From: Chiloscyllium plagiosum
Taxonomy: Eukaryota
Assembly (NCBI RefSeq): GCF_004010195.1
Contig: NC_057718.1
Coordinates: 16,708,192-16,772,191 of the forward strand
Length of the DNA: 64,000 nucleotides
Direction of reading: 5' to 3'
In this document: in pieces, positions 39,220 to 51,479 of the stretch
How positions within the stretch are numbered: the first letter of the stretch is position 1
Layout: each line of letters opens with the position of its first letter
Program-made: the position numbers and the translations under genes
Notes under the pieces: generated by a model
The model's database searches: none
What the model was told of the DNA's origin: nothing
The model's input: only the letters and a program-made list of their open reading frames with translations

Positions 39220-39420
39220 ATAATGTCCTTTAGGGAAGGACATCTGCCACTCATAACTGCTTTGGCTTACGTGCAATTCCAGATTCATAATATTGTGTTT
39301 GAAACTTAACTGCTGTGTAAAATGGCTTTGAAAGCTGCTAAAATCAATGGTAATAAGGGAGGGGCAACAAATGCTGGGCTTTCCAGAAGTGCTCACACCC
39401 CATGAAAGAAGTTTTAAAAA
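39220..39420 (+). mobile_element. tRNA-derived SINE, 3' half
   Basis: taatgtcctttagggaagga core and cccatgaaagaa tail shared with 11910-12233. Confidence 0.65.
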
Positions 39421-39499
39421 ACATATGGCAAAAATGTATAGTTAGTTGTTCAACGGCTTTTTGTTAGACAATGACATAATATTTGCCCCAAACCTTTAC

Positions 39500-40289
39500 A
39501 AAAAGGTACGTGTACCAGGTTCATCAAATTTCTGCGCCTCAATACAACAGAAATGAACAACCAGCAGGATCCTCTCACATTGAATGAGGATCTCTTGATC
39601 TCTTTCTTGGAGGGTCATTTACATATTGCACACAAGAAGATTTAGTACATGTGGAAAATAGCATACATTACTGTAATCACCTTCCTGCATATCTACCGTC
39701 TGTAGCAATTAGCTCTGCTGTCAAATTACTGAAATGGAACCACTTATACAGTAAAGACTATGAAAAACTAAGGGCCCCCGTCCACTGCCACTGGCACCAT
39801 GACTCCCAGTTCCTTCCTTTCATTTCGCCAAACATTCTTGTCAACACCATTCTGAAACAATGCCACAGAAACAAACTATTGCAGGTGTTGTGATTAATGT
39901 GATTGTTCCCAAATGAGCCTTCTGTCTGCCTCAATAATAGTTCCCTTATAGTGTGAATGCAATGTTTTTAATTCGTCACCAGGATGTATGGTGAAACAAT
40001 TCCAGACAACAGATGTTGCTTTGAAAACTGGCGAAGGACCCATGTTCCTAGTGAAGAAATTCACGACGCTGCTTTGAACTGCGATAACAACGAGGGATGT
40101 GATTTTTGAGGCAATACCAAGGCAACAGTGATGAAAATGGTGGGAACCTCAGCGGAATCAACATCACTAGGGGCAATATTTCTGGTTGCCTGTTGATAAT
40201 TTTCATTGAATAAAATTCAGAGGTATAATTTTAGAAGAATTGGCAGCATAATACACAAACAGTACTAAAAAAGAGTTTTAGCAACACTG
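39500..40289 (-). mobile_element. Fossil hAT (Ac-like) transposon with ZBED4/ZBED6-like BED finger and catalytic-domain remnant
   Basis: Minus strand from ATG 40043: MGPSPVFKATSVVWNCFTIHPGDELKTLHSHYKGTII / GRQKAHLGTITLI / QHLQ (two frameshifts). 39684-39628 reads EGDYSNVCYFPHVLNLLVC (hAT CxxH region). Candidate TIR CAGTGTTGC at 40289-40281. Confidence 0.65.
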
Positions 40290-41109
40290 CTGTTATGGAT
40301 CTACTTAATTTTCATCGAGACTTATGCTGCACATGATCTAAGTGGAAATGCATAAGTCCCTAAAATCAAAATTCAAAAAGCTTCACCCAGCCTGTTACCC
40401 ACCAAGAATTAAAAATGAGGATCCCCATGAAGTGAGCTGATTGCATGGGAAATTTTAGCATCATCGTGGACATAGTGAGGGTGTCATGAGGAAGAAATGG
40501 ATGGTAATTGATCTGTAAACTGGCAAGTGGCACACCTCCATTGCAAATTTCTGAAAGTTTTAGTGAAGTTCCATGCAGTGAAGTACTGAGATATTCTGAA
40601 ATTCATGTTTATATTTCGCTTAGTATTGTGACATCTCAACTCACGAAGACTAATATCCTGAGTAAGATGAGAGAATAATCCTTGAATAGAAAGCTCAAAG
40701 CATTCACCTTAATGAAAATTTAGACATTGTCATTAAGGTATTGGTGTGTATAGGAAAGAGTGAAAGGCCTTGAACATGAAGGTGCCAACTCTCTGATCAC
40801 TCCATATTCACAGTCTGATTTCCATAGCACTGAAAACTGTCTGGGACAACTCAGTGATTTCTGGAGAGATAGTGATCGCATTATCTTATTCTTCTTTGTT
40901 CTCTTTGAATTGTAATGAAACTGAAGGAAAATTTAATCGCTTTTTTTTCCCACCATCTCTGTGGTTCACTTCCATTGTACTTCCCTAAAATAGTGCCAGT
41001 TGTTGTTATTCCAACACATCTCCAATGGCTGCCCTTCCCATGTGTCATAGCATACCTCAACACATCACTTTTGTTCTTCTCTGTGCAGGCTGCCATTAGT
41101 AACAATATT

Positions 41110-41900
41110 CATAATGCAGAGAGTAAGTGTACTTGATTCCATGGCTCCTGATGTGCTATTTGTCTTTTTGGCTTCAAAAAAATGGATCAGCCAAACCTTA
41201 CTTCAGCTGAAGATTGGCGAGTGAAATCATCCTGTTTAGATCATGCCAGAAACTGCATGCTTCAGGCTTTGATTTCATATCCTTTCCCAGCTGCTCACTC
41301 AACACAAACCAACAGTGCAGAATCTCAATATTGTGCTTGATTCCAAACGCAACTTCGATTGCAACATCTATCATTATGAGAGGATTTTCCATCCCCTCCT
41401 ACCCTATGAAGACATTATGTCTACATAAATTCCACATTTAAATTCTCCATTATTTCCCACAATCATCTCCCAAGCTCCATTTTGCATAATATCGAGCTTA
41501 ACAGAATTCTACTAAGGATGATCCTACACTCACACCGCCCCAGTCCTTGCAAATTTTTCATTGGTTCTCAATCTGGAGTAAATTGACTTTGACACTTCTA
41601 TTTTCATTTATAAACTCCTCAATAGAATAACTTCCTTTCTCACACACATAGCTCACATCCTTTGCTCTTCGTGTTCCAATTAACTGTGTATCTGACCTCT
41701 GTTTCACCATCAGTGGCAGAAAATTTAGCTACCATGTTCCTGTACTTTCACTCTTTCTTTAAAATATACAAGTGTCTAGCTCCTTTGAAAGAGATTACTG
41801 CTTTGACTGTTTCTTTAATCACCTTCTCAAACATTTCTCTTTGTTCTTGCTTAGGATCCAAGCCACCAGCTTGTAAAGCACTTCAAGCACTTTTCATTGT
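41110..41900 (+). mobile_element. Very old L2-like LINE 3' region
   Basis: Degenerate matches to L2 ORF2 C-terminal nucleotide patterns (aaccaacagtgcagaatctc..., cattggttctc..., tgtaaagcactt). Confidence 0.5.
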
Positions 41901-41913
41901 ACAAAAGGGACTA

Positions 41914-42405
41914 CAGGGGAACCTCGATTATAGGGATATCAATTATCCGAAAATAGGATTATCTGAAGGAGATCTCGAGGTCCCGAGAGAAACATTACAT
42001 CAAAGATGTGTGTCCAACACTGATTAAAAGTGCTGCCGAGAACAGTCCTGGACTGATGGGAGCGCAGGCACCTTCTCTAAATGACTGAACTCCTACCCCC
42101 TCTCTCTCTCTTTCCACACTTTCCCTGGAGTTCTACACAGGCGTGTACCCTAGACCCCCCTTCCCCAGGTAATCTCTCTAACATTGTCCTGTAGAGGGCA
42201 GAGGTGGAACCTGTCAAAAAGTTACAATAAAAAAGTTGTGTGTGTGTGTGTGCGCGTGCACTCAATTTGCAGACTCACACCATGCCCCCCTCCCCCCAAA
42301 AAGGCAGTAGCAGCAGCAGTCTTGTTGTTGGTGTCCAGTCCGGCTGTCCTGGAGAGGGGGCAGGGGTGTGCGGGGGGTGGTTGTTGTTGGGGGTGGGCAG
42401 GAGAT
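41914..42405 (+). mobile_element. Tigger-like Tc1/mariner element end, running into the assembly gap
   Basis: TA at 41912-41913 followed by CAGGGGAACCTCGATTAT and internal attatccgaa/attatctgaa repeats. Confidence 0.6.
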
Positions 42406-43388
42406 NNNNNNNNNNNNNNNNNNNNNNNNNNNNNNNNNNNNNNNNNNNNNNNNNNNNNNNNNNNNNNNNNNNNNNNNNNNNNNNNNNNNNNNNNNNNNNN
42501 NNNNNNNNNNNNNNNNNNNNNNNNNNNNNNNNNNNNNNNNNNNNNNNNNNNNNNNNNNNNNNNNNNNNNNNNNNNNNNNNNNNNNNNNNNNNNNNNNNNN
42601 NNNNNNNNNNNNNNNNNNNNNNNNNNNNNNNNNNNNNNNNNNNNNNNNNNNNNNNNNNNNNNNNNNNNNNNNNNNNNNNNNNNNNNNNNNNNNNNNNNNN
42701 NNNNNNNNNNNNNNNNNNNNNNNNNNNNNNNNNNNNNNNNNNNNNNNNNNNNNNNNNNNNNNNNNNNNNNNNNNNNNNNNNNNNNNNNNNNNNNNNNNNN
42801 NNNNNNNNNNNNNNNNNNNNNNNNNNNNNNNNNNNNNNNNNNNNNNNNNNNNNNNNNNNNNNNNNNNNNNNNNNNNNNNNNNNNNNNNNNNNNNNNNNNN
42901 NNNNNNNNNNNNNNNNNNNNNNNNNNNNNNNNNNNNNNNNNNNNNNNNNNNNNNNNNNNNNNNNNNNNNNNNNNNNNNNNNNNNNNNNNNNNNNNNNNNN
43001 NNNNNNNNNNNNNNNNNNNNNNNNNNNNNNNNNNNNNNNNNNNNNNNNNNNNNNNNNNNNNNNNNNNNNNNNNNNNNNNNNNNNNNNNNNNNNNNNNNNN
43101 NNNNNNNNNNNNNNNNNNNNNNNNNNNNNNNNNNNNNNNNNNNNNNNNNNNNNNNNNNNNNNNNNNNNNNNNNNNNNNNNNNNNNNNNNNNNNNNNNNNN
43201 NNNNNNNNNNNNNNNNNNNNNNNNNNNNNNNNNNNNNNNNNNNNNNNNNNNNNNNNNNNNNNNNNNNNNNNNNNNNNNNNNNNNNNNNNNNNNNNNNNNN
43301 NNNNNNNNNNNNNNNNNNNNNNNNNNNNNNNNNNNNNNNNNNNNNNNNNNNNNNNNNNNNNNNNNNNNNNNNNNNNNNNNNNNNNNNN
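42406..43388. other. Assembly gap (983 N)
   Basis: Run of N; ORF-track entries spanning it are artefacts. Confidence 1.
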
Positions 43389-44195
43389 TCAGCATGGATT
43401 TAGTAAGGGGAGGTCGTGCCTGACAAACCTGTTAGAATTCTTTGAAAAGGTAACAAGTAGGTTAGACCAGGGAAACCCAGTGGATGTCATCTATCTAGAC
43501 TTCCAAAAGGCCTTTGATAAGGTGCCTCCTGGGAGGTTGCTGAGTAAGGTGTGGGCCCATGGTATTTGAGGTGAGCTACTGGCATGGATTGGGGATTGGC
43601 TGTCTGACAGAAGGAAGAGAGTTGGGATAAAAGATTCATTTACCGAACGGCAGCTGGTGACAAGTGGAGTTCCACAGGGTTCAGCGTTGGGGGCGCAGCT
43701 GTTCACTTTATATATTAATGATCTGGATGAAGGGACGGGGAGACATTCTGGTGAAGTTCACCGATGATACGAAGTTAGGTGGTCAGGCAGGTAGTACTGA
43801 GGTGGTGGGGAAGCTGCAGAAAGATTTAGACAGTTTAGGAGAGTCGTCCAGGAAATGGCGAATGAAATTCAACATGAGCAAGTGTGACGTCTTGCACTTT
43901 GGAAAAAAGAATACAGGCTTGGACTATTTTTTTAAACGGTGAGAAAATTCATAAACCCAAAGGACAAAGGCATCTGGGAGTGCTAGTCCAGGACTCTCTG
44001 AAGGTTGATTTGCAGGTTGAGTGCGTGGTTAAGAAAGCAAATGTAATGTTGGAATATAAAAGCAACAATGAGCTTCTGAGACTTTATAAAGCTCTAGTTA
44101 GGCACCATTTAGAATATTGTGGCTAATTTGGACCCCAGACCTCAGGAAGGACATACTGGCACTGGAGCATGTCCAGTGGAGATTCACATGGATGA
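43389..44195 (+). mobile_element. CR1 LINE RT region
   Basis: QHGFSKGRSCLTNLLEFFEKVT...[41 protein letters not shown]. Confidence 0.92.
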
Positions 44196-44529
44196 ATTGT
44201 AAAATGAAGAGTACTGGGATTCCAAGGTTATTTCAAAGTGAAAATATTTCAAAATTGATTACTAACACCAAAAGAACAAAATATTTATTGGTACAAAATA
44301 AATTAGGAAAGGCAGTGGAGTATGACATCCATAGCTAAGTCACAGATCTTTCCACCAGTACCTAGCTGTACCCTAATTCCTTGCTCAAGCATCACAAGAT
44401 TCTATGAATGAATGAGCAATTATGCAAAAACTGCAAACTTTGCACACAAATGATTTTAACAGTTTCACACTTTTCAATGTTAAAGTTTCTGAAGTAATCT
44501 GAAACTACACAGCAACTGTTACCATGAGT

Positions 44530-45185
44530 TGTTTCTCAATTTGAGACTGATGACTCTTCAGGGTTTCTTTCTTGAACCTTCAGGTGACCGGACAGACAGA
44601 TTCCTATCCCACATTTTTTTTGATGCTTGGAGCAGGACATTCCATGTGGCAGTAGGATCTGGCGTGCAGGATTTGCTTCCTTTTCTTTCCTCTGTACTGC
44701 CACTCTGTGTCATCATCACGACTTTGGGACTCAGAATGCGGTGCTGTTTAACAGACAAGTTATCAATATTCTGACCAAGTGATAGCAAGCTTCTCATAGT
44801 CATTAAGGTCAGCCTCTGAGTGTCTTTGAAGCATTTTCTTTTTGTTCTTCTGGAATGTTACACATTTGGGAGTTGAGAGAACAGGACCTATCAGGAGACA
44901 GGCTTTTCAGCCATCTGGATATGGTGCCCAGTCCAGTGAGTTGCAGTTTTGCTCCAATGCTCTTGGACCTGGTTTCAAGAAGGTCATTGGTGTTTATTCA
45001 ACGGTTCTTCCATTAAATTTGAAGGATGCAGCTGAGACATTGCTGGTGAAATTTCCTCACTGCTTATAAATGCTGATAATACAGTTCTTGGTTTCACAGC
45101 AGTACAAAACACAGTGACAACTGCTCTCAACACTAGAACTGTAGTCGACATGCAGAGCTCTTCATTGTCAAACACTCAACAACAA
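44530..45185 (-). mobile_element. Degenerate RTE-clade LINE 3' region
   Basis: Minus-strand frameshifted peptides RAVV..., EKFHQQCLSCILQI*WKNR and an RKRFKD-like segment near 44830. Confidence 0.6.
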
Positions 45186-46603
45186 AGACCTTAGTATCAC
45201 AACATATTCCCATGAATTTACTGAATTTTATGCCCGTATATTTGTAAGCAATTCTTTTGTTTAAAAAAAATAAGCTCCAACTACACGAATGAACGATGCA
45301 ATGTCAGTACAATGCAATATTCCTAACTACATTTTTTATTAATTTAAATATATCTTCCTTTTTAGCTTCTCATTTCAGCCCTTACATTTTTCGTACCTAT
45401 TTTTGTTGTTTAGTTCTCCAATATGCAGTTTTATTCTATTTAAATTCCTCAAGTGTTTTCCCTGATTGTTTATTTTTCCCATATAACACTGTGCTTTCTA
45501 ACTTAATTAATGGTTCACTCTAGATTTGAAGATACACAAAAAAAACTGAGAGTGTAACTATTAGCATAGACTGACGTCACAAGAATGTGTAGTAGTATCA
45601 CTCACCTTTCCTCTCTGTCAATCCTGATTTGTACAGACTTCATTTACTGTCTTCTTAGGTCCTCAGAGGTCAAAGTCCCTTACTGATAAACACATAGGCA
45701 ACAAGAAGTCCAACCTCACAACACTGTGATTATTGAGTCAGCTCAACTTGTCAGTGGTCATTTTGCAACATTATGTATTTGTTTGCAATACCATTTTAAA
45801 CTGATCCAAAAGGACAAGTTTATTATCTACCATTGGAAAGGAAATTTAAAATTATTGATCAATTATAAATATTAGATAGATCAGAACAATGAAAACTGCT
45901 CATGTCGTTTGAAATAAAACATCTGATAATCGCATTAATTTCTGCATATTGCAAGCTGATGGTATGCAGCACACTTGAGATAATTTTAGAGCACATTGCT
46001 GTCACAGTTGTCACCAACCTAAAAGCCACATATTTCAATATTTTAAAGACAACTAAAGCTGATTGAGACCTAAATCAAAGGAAAATGGGCCTTAGCCCAA
46101 AATAATCAAACCAATTAAAAGTACATTAGCTGGGATATATGGTCCATTCATTCTGAAAAACATTAAGTAAAGCAACGTGAGTACTAAACTATAAATATCA
46201 TTAAGATACATCAGAGCATTTAAATCCTTTGTAATGTCAGATGCAGAGATGACAAGCTACCCATGTTCATGGGAAAACCAACAGATATTACCACATTTTT
46301 GGAGGATTAGAACTTTACAAATTATTGGCTGAAAGGAAACAAATAACAACAAACACTTTTCACTGATATTACTGACAGTTCAGAAACACCGCAAAGTAAG
46401 GCCCATTGAAGCTCAAGCCTGACAATATTTCTGGGCCTTACACCACTAGAATTTCAATCTATAACTATGATGGCACAAAGTCATTATTTCACATTTTGTT
46501 ATATTCTTAGTTCTCTTCCCCGACTCACCACCTCCCACAACTTTCTGAATCCTATTTACCTCTCAGGAAACAGTTCCCACATTTGTCACTTAGAGACTCC
46601 TAC

Positions 46604-46720
46604 CTGTTCTCGGAGTTCAAATTCTCGTAACATTTTTGTTTTGTATTCCTTGAACTCCTTTTCAGCCTCTTCTTTCTTGATTTTCACTTCATTCAGCTGG
46701 TAGCGCAGTTCACCAGATTC
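46604..46720 (-). CDS. SDCCAG8: Internal coding exon (117 nt, phase 0-0) of SDCCAG8, probably equivalent to human exon 12
   Basis: Minus strand: acceptor ctctttaacctttag|GAA, donor CAG|gtagga. Translation ESGELRYQLNEVKIKKEEAEKEFKEYKTKMLREFELREQ resembles recalled human VCGEMRYQLNKTNMEKDEAEKEHREFRAKTNRDLEIKDQ (39 aa) and joins in frame to the 62426-62560 exon. Confidence 0.92.
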
Positions 46721-49149
46721 CTAAAGGTTAAAGAGTCAATTGTTCATCTGTGAATTCCATTGATTTCTCAATACTGTATTCATTACAGTTTTTACATTCA
46801 CAAAATGGCCTCATAGTGCCACCCAGAGCATATTAAAGGAAATTTCCTAGAGCGTAAATTAACCAGATACCAAACCTCACAGGCAGAATAGCATTTTTGA
46901 AGATTAATTTTGAAGTCAAAGCATTGACCACACAACTTTGAGATCTAATTGATTTTAACCCAGTCTGGTCTGCAAATTAACATCCAACAGGAATATTATT
47001 CAAAGGTATCTCCGCAAAAAAGATTAGGAACAAACACAACTTGTGCAAATCAATAGAGATCATAATGCTTTGGAAAACTGTAAAAGATCAGGCATAGAGT
47101 AGAATATGGCAGAAATACCCAGCAGATCAAGAAACATCAGTGGAGAAAACAGATTTCATGAGTTCACCCACGTCCTCCTGTCACATACCAATGTCCACCC
47201 ACATATCTCCCGCTCCCTTCCCATTTACTTAGCCTCCATCCAGTCTATCCATTCATTCATTCATTTTCTCACCAACATTCTGACATTCATCCATTCACTA
47301 ACATTTAGACTGGTTATTTCAATTTACATTATAAGAGTGGTCATGATGCTACGGTGCTTGTTTGAAGGCAACTGGGCTCTCCATTTCTTGAAAGACTGAA
47401 CTGGCGAGAACTGCTGAGCAGCATTACGACAGGGCAAGGCTTGGGCAAAGTGACAGTCCAATAATGATTGTCGCTCATCTGAAGGTCTAGAGAAATGTTT
47501 CAGGTTTTTGACTTCTGTCAGTACCCCAAAGGGGTTAAAAAGTTATATTTTTTTTAAAAAGTGCCATTACCCTGGAATAGAGTAAAGGAAAATTTTGTTA
47601 AATGTCAACAAGTAGATGTTGCAGTTTTACATAGGCTCGAGGCTGACAAATTTTCACTTTGCAAAGCAATTTTAATAATGCACTGCTACAGTTATTTGTG
47701 TTCTCACTGCATGGATTAACACTGGACTGATGTCTTCCATGTTTTTCTCTGTCTGAGGCAAGCAGATGGGTGGTTAATTTTTACCCTATTTTGTACAATT
47801 CATCAAATTTTGTAGGACACAGGACACATTTGGTGTGGAGTTAGGAATTAATGAAGTCTGCTATATATAGCATCTTGTAAAACAAATATCCAATGATTCA
47901 CGTTATGTTTTCTATCTTTTCACCCAGTTCATAGTTCATGGCAGATATTGGTACCATTGTTTAATGGCATCTCAATGAATGCTTGGCTGAATTCCATCTC
48001 CACTAATAGATTCAGCTCACCAGGGGTTGTTGGAATAACTGTTAAGGAGATTGAGAGCTTGGTTTATTGAAAGATTTACAAGTAGTTAAGAGGATTATGG
48101 TATTTTAACAGATTTTTGAAGACTTTTTGTTTTGATAAATTTACAAGCTTCATGGAGTCACCAAATCTTTGAAGATAATATGGCTCACACCAGCTCAGAC
48201 ATGTCAGACAAATTCAAAATATGTTGACAACATTACATCATAATAGAATACATCATAATATGGTTACACTACATTATTTGCTGATGGGGCTTTGCTTAGA
48301 AATAAGTACAATTAAATTGAACAGCGTTGTGAAAGTACAACTAAGTACATTATCCATTGGGTGATATGCTATTCTGCAATAAATAACATGGAAAATCAGA
48401 TTTGACTGTGCATGTTTTCCCCCTTTGCATTCATTTCCCTTTTGGTCCTGCTGCCAATTAGTTTAAATCTCTGACCTTCCTTTTATTGTTTTTATGAATG
48501 TTGGAATGCTTAGTATGGAATACTTGAAAGTAGGTTACACATATAATTTCTGCTTTTTTCTTTCTAAGTGTTGGAAAATTCATTTGTCATAAACATATAT
48601 GAAAACACAAATCAAGATCAGTGCCAATACGGATTGTTTCAGGCCAAATTTGCCCTTCACACAGGTTGATCACCCTTTCACTCTACTTTTCAAGCACAGG
48701 TTCTGAAATAAAACTATAAATTGTTCAAATTTGAACAGAGAGAATATTTTGTTTATAATCATGTTTTACTTCTCACTTGCAATTCTCAAACACTACAAGG
48801 GATTGTCAGACTAAATGACTTCCTACAAATGTATCCGTAATGTTGTTATTCAGAATTTACTTCTCTAAATTATACAGCAATATTGTGAAGACTTCATAAA
48901 TTCCCAGAATCACACAGCCCTCAAGGTTCCAATTTGTCCCATCAGGCTTTCCCAGTTTTTAGAAAGAGGTAACGAATTGCAATTTTCCCTCTAGCCTCCA
49001 ATATTTTGTGCATGCCGATTGGCATCGGCTTGCTGATTGCAGTATTGTGTTCCAATTCCAGAAGTCGCTGCCATGCATGGGCCTTGGAGGCCTGCACAGC
49101 CGGTAGGAAAATTAGAGGAAGTGCTGCCAGTTAGTCCCCATCATCTGCC

Positions 49150-50512
49150 ATTTCCCTAGAGCTCTGCAAAACTTCCCCCTTCAAATGTTCACCAAACATA
49201 TTTTTAAAAATTAAAGTTGAATCTTTTTCCACCACACATTCTGGGTTTGAATTCTACAACAAAATGAAGCATTACACAAAAATGATTTTTCTCATTTTAT
49301 CTCTGGGTCTTTTTCTTAATTATTGTCAATCTAGGTCCTCTGAACTTTCTGACAGTGGAGTTCAAACCACTTGTTTGATCAACTCAATCAAATCATTCAT
49401 AACTTTTTTCAATTCATATTTCCCCTTTCCTTTCTCTGTTTTAGAAAGTTCACACTAATTTCTACGATCTCTCCATATACTGAAGTTCTACATTCCTCTT
49501 ACCATTCTAGAAAGTCATTGCAAGCTATCTTAAGGCCTTCACACCATTCCTACAAGTTGGTGTTTAAAATTAGACACAATATTGCAGCTAGAGTCCAGTA
49601 CACATTTTATAAAGGTTCATGTCATCCATCCATCCAATATTCATAAAGTTTCTGCTCCATAGCTCTCTGTGGCAAGGTGTCTGAAAGACTTACGACCTTT
49701 TGAGAGAATAAATTCCCCCTCACCTCAGTCTTAAATTTGCTCCCCCTTATTCTGAGACTATGCCCTCTGGTCCTGGACTCTCATTGAGGGGAAACATCCT
49801 CTCAGCACTCTGTCAAGCCCTTTAAAAATCCTGTATATTTTAATGAGATCACCTGTCATTCTTCTAAACCCCAGTGAGTAGAGTTCCAAACTGCTTAGCC
49901 CTTGTTCATAAAATAATTCCTCCATACAGTTTCAGTAAGACTTTCCTATTCTTATAATCCAACCCCCTTGAAATAAAGGCCAACATTTGATTCACATTCC
50001 TGATTACTTGCTGCACCTGCTGCTGTATTTCTGTATTTTACATGTAGGCGCCCACAAATCCCTTTGTGTTGCAGTTTTCTGCAGATTTTCCCATCTAAAT
50101 AGTACTGTTCTTCTGTTCTCCTTTTCAAAATGAACTTCACATTTTCCCACATTATACTCCATTTGCCAACTTTTTTTCCCACATACCTAACCTATCAATA
50201 TCTCTCTGTAAACCATTTGTAACCCTCTCATAACCTGCCTTATTTTTGTGTCATCTGCGAATTTGGCTACAGATTTGCTTCCTTCCTCCAAGGCTTTTAT
50301 TTTGTAAACAGTTGTTGTCCCAAAACTGATTCCAATGGAATTCCACTGATTGCCAAACTGAAAAATAACCTCTAATCCCAACTCACTGTTTCCCACCTAT
50401 TAGCCAATTCACTATCTATGCCAAAATATGTCATCTGACACCATGTACTCTTATTTTATGAGTAGCCTTTTATGAAGTACTTTGTCAAATGCCTTCTGGA
50501 ATATAACACATC
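49150..50512 (-). mobile_element. Old CR1 fragments (the younger piece forms the left arm of the palindrome)
   Basis: ORF 50187-50396(-) contains VAKFADDTKI; FQKAFDKV motif near 50480-50500(-). Confidence 0.8.
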
Positions 50513-51478
50513 TCGCAAGGTTTATGAAGGTTTGTAGCTCAGGTTGTGATTTAGGGTGTAGGTTTGTTCGCTGAGCTGTAGGTTTGATATCCAGACGTTT
50601 CATTACATGGCCAGGTAATGAAAAGTCTGGATATCAAACCTACAGCTCAGCGAGCAAACCTACACCCTAAATCACAACCTGAGCTACAAACCTTCATAAA
50701 CCTTGCGAGATGTGTTATATTCCAGAAGGCATTTGACAAAGTACTTCATAAAAGGCTACTCATAAAATAAGAGTACATGGTGTCAGATGACATATTTTGG
50801 CATAGATAGTGAATTGGCTAATAGGTGGGAAACAGTGAGTTGGGATTAGAGGTTATTTTTCAGTTTGGCAATCAGTGGAATTCCATTGGAATCAGTTTTG
50901 GGACAACAACTGTTTACAAAATAAAAGCCTTGGAGGAAGGAAGCAAATCTGTAGCCAAATTCGCAGATGACACAAAAATAAGGCAGGTTATGAGAGGGTT
51001 ACAAATGGTTTACAGAGAGATATTGATAGGTTAGGTATGTGGGAAAAAAAGTTGGCAAATGGAGTATAATGTGGGAAAATGTGAAGTTCATTTTGAAAAG
51101 GAGAACAGAAGAACAGTACTATTTAGATGGGAAAATCTGCAGAAAACTGCAACACAAAGGGATTTGTGGGCGCCTACATGTAAAATACAGAAATACAGCA
51201 GCAGGTGCAGCAAGTAATCAGGAATGTGAATCAAATGTTGGCCTTTATTTCAAGGGGGTTGGATTATAAGAATAGGAAAGTCTTACTGAAACTGTATGGA
51301 GGAATTATTTTATGAACAAGGGCTAAGCAGTTTGGAACTCTACTCACTGGGGTTTAGAAGAATGACAGGTGATCTCATTAAAATATACAGGATTTTTAAA
51401 GGGCTTGACAGAGTGCTGAGAGGATGTTTCCCCTCAATGAGAGTCCAGGACCAGAGGGCATAGTCTCAGAATAAGGGG
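49743..51478. repeat. 1736-bp spacer-less palindrome (868-bp arms), axis between 50610 and 50611
   Basis: Position x pairs with 101221-x. Mirror ORFs 49952-50182(-)/51039-51269(+) and 50187-50396(-)/50825-51034(+) are identical. Only three mismatched pairs were seen, all within 45 nt of the axis. Confidence 0.97.
50513..50708. mobile_element. Fold-back pair of Penelope terminal repeats at the palindrome centre
   Basis: ccaggtaatgaaaagtctggatatcaaacctacagctcagcgagcaaacctacaccct is nearly identical to the PLE end at 54171-54229. Confidence 0.85.
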
Positions 51479-51479
51479 T

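Noticed and set aside
42184..43569. Four long ORFs of 351-461 aa in the track
   Set aside because: They read through the 983-N gap; the only meaningful part is CR1 RT after 43389.
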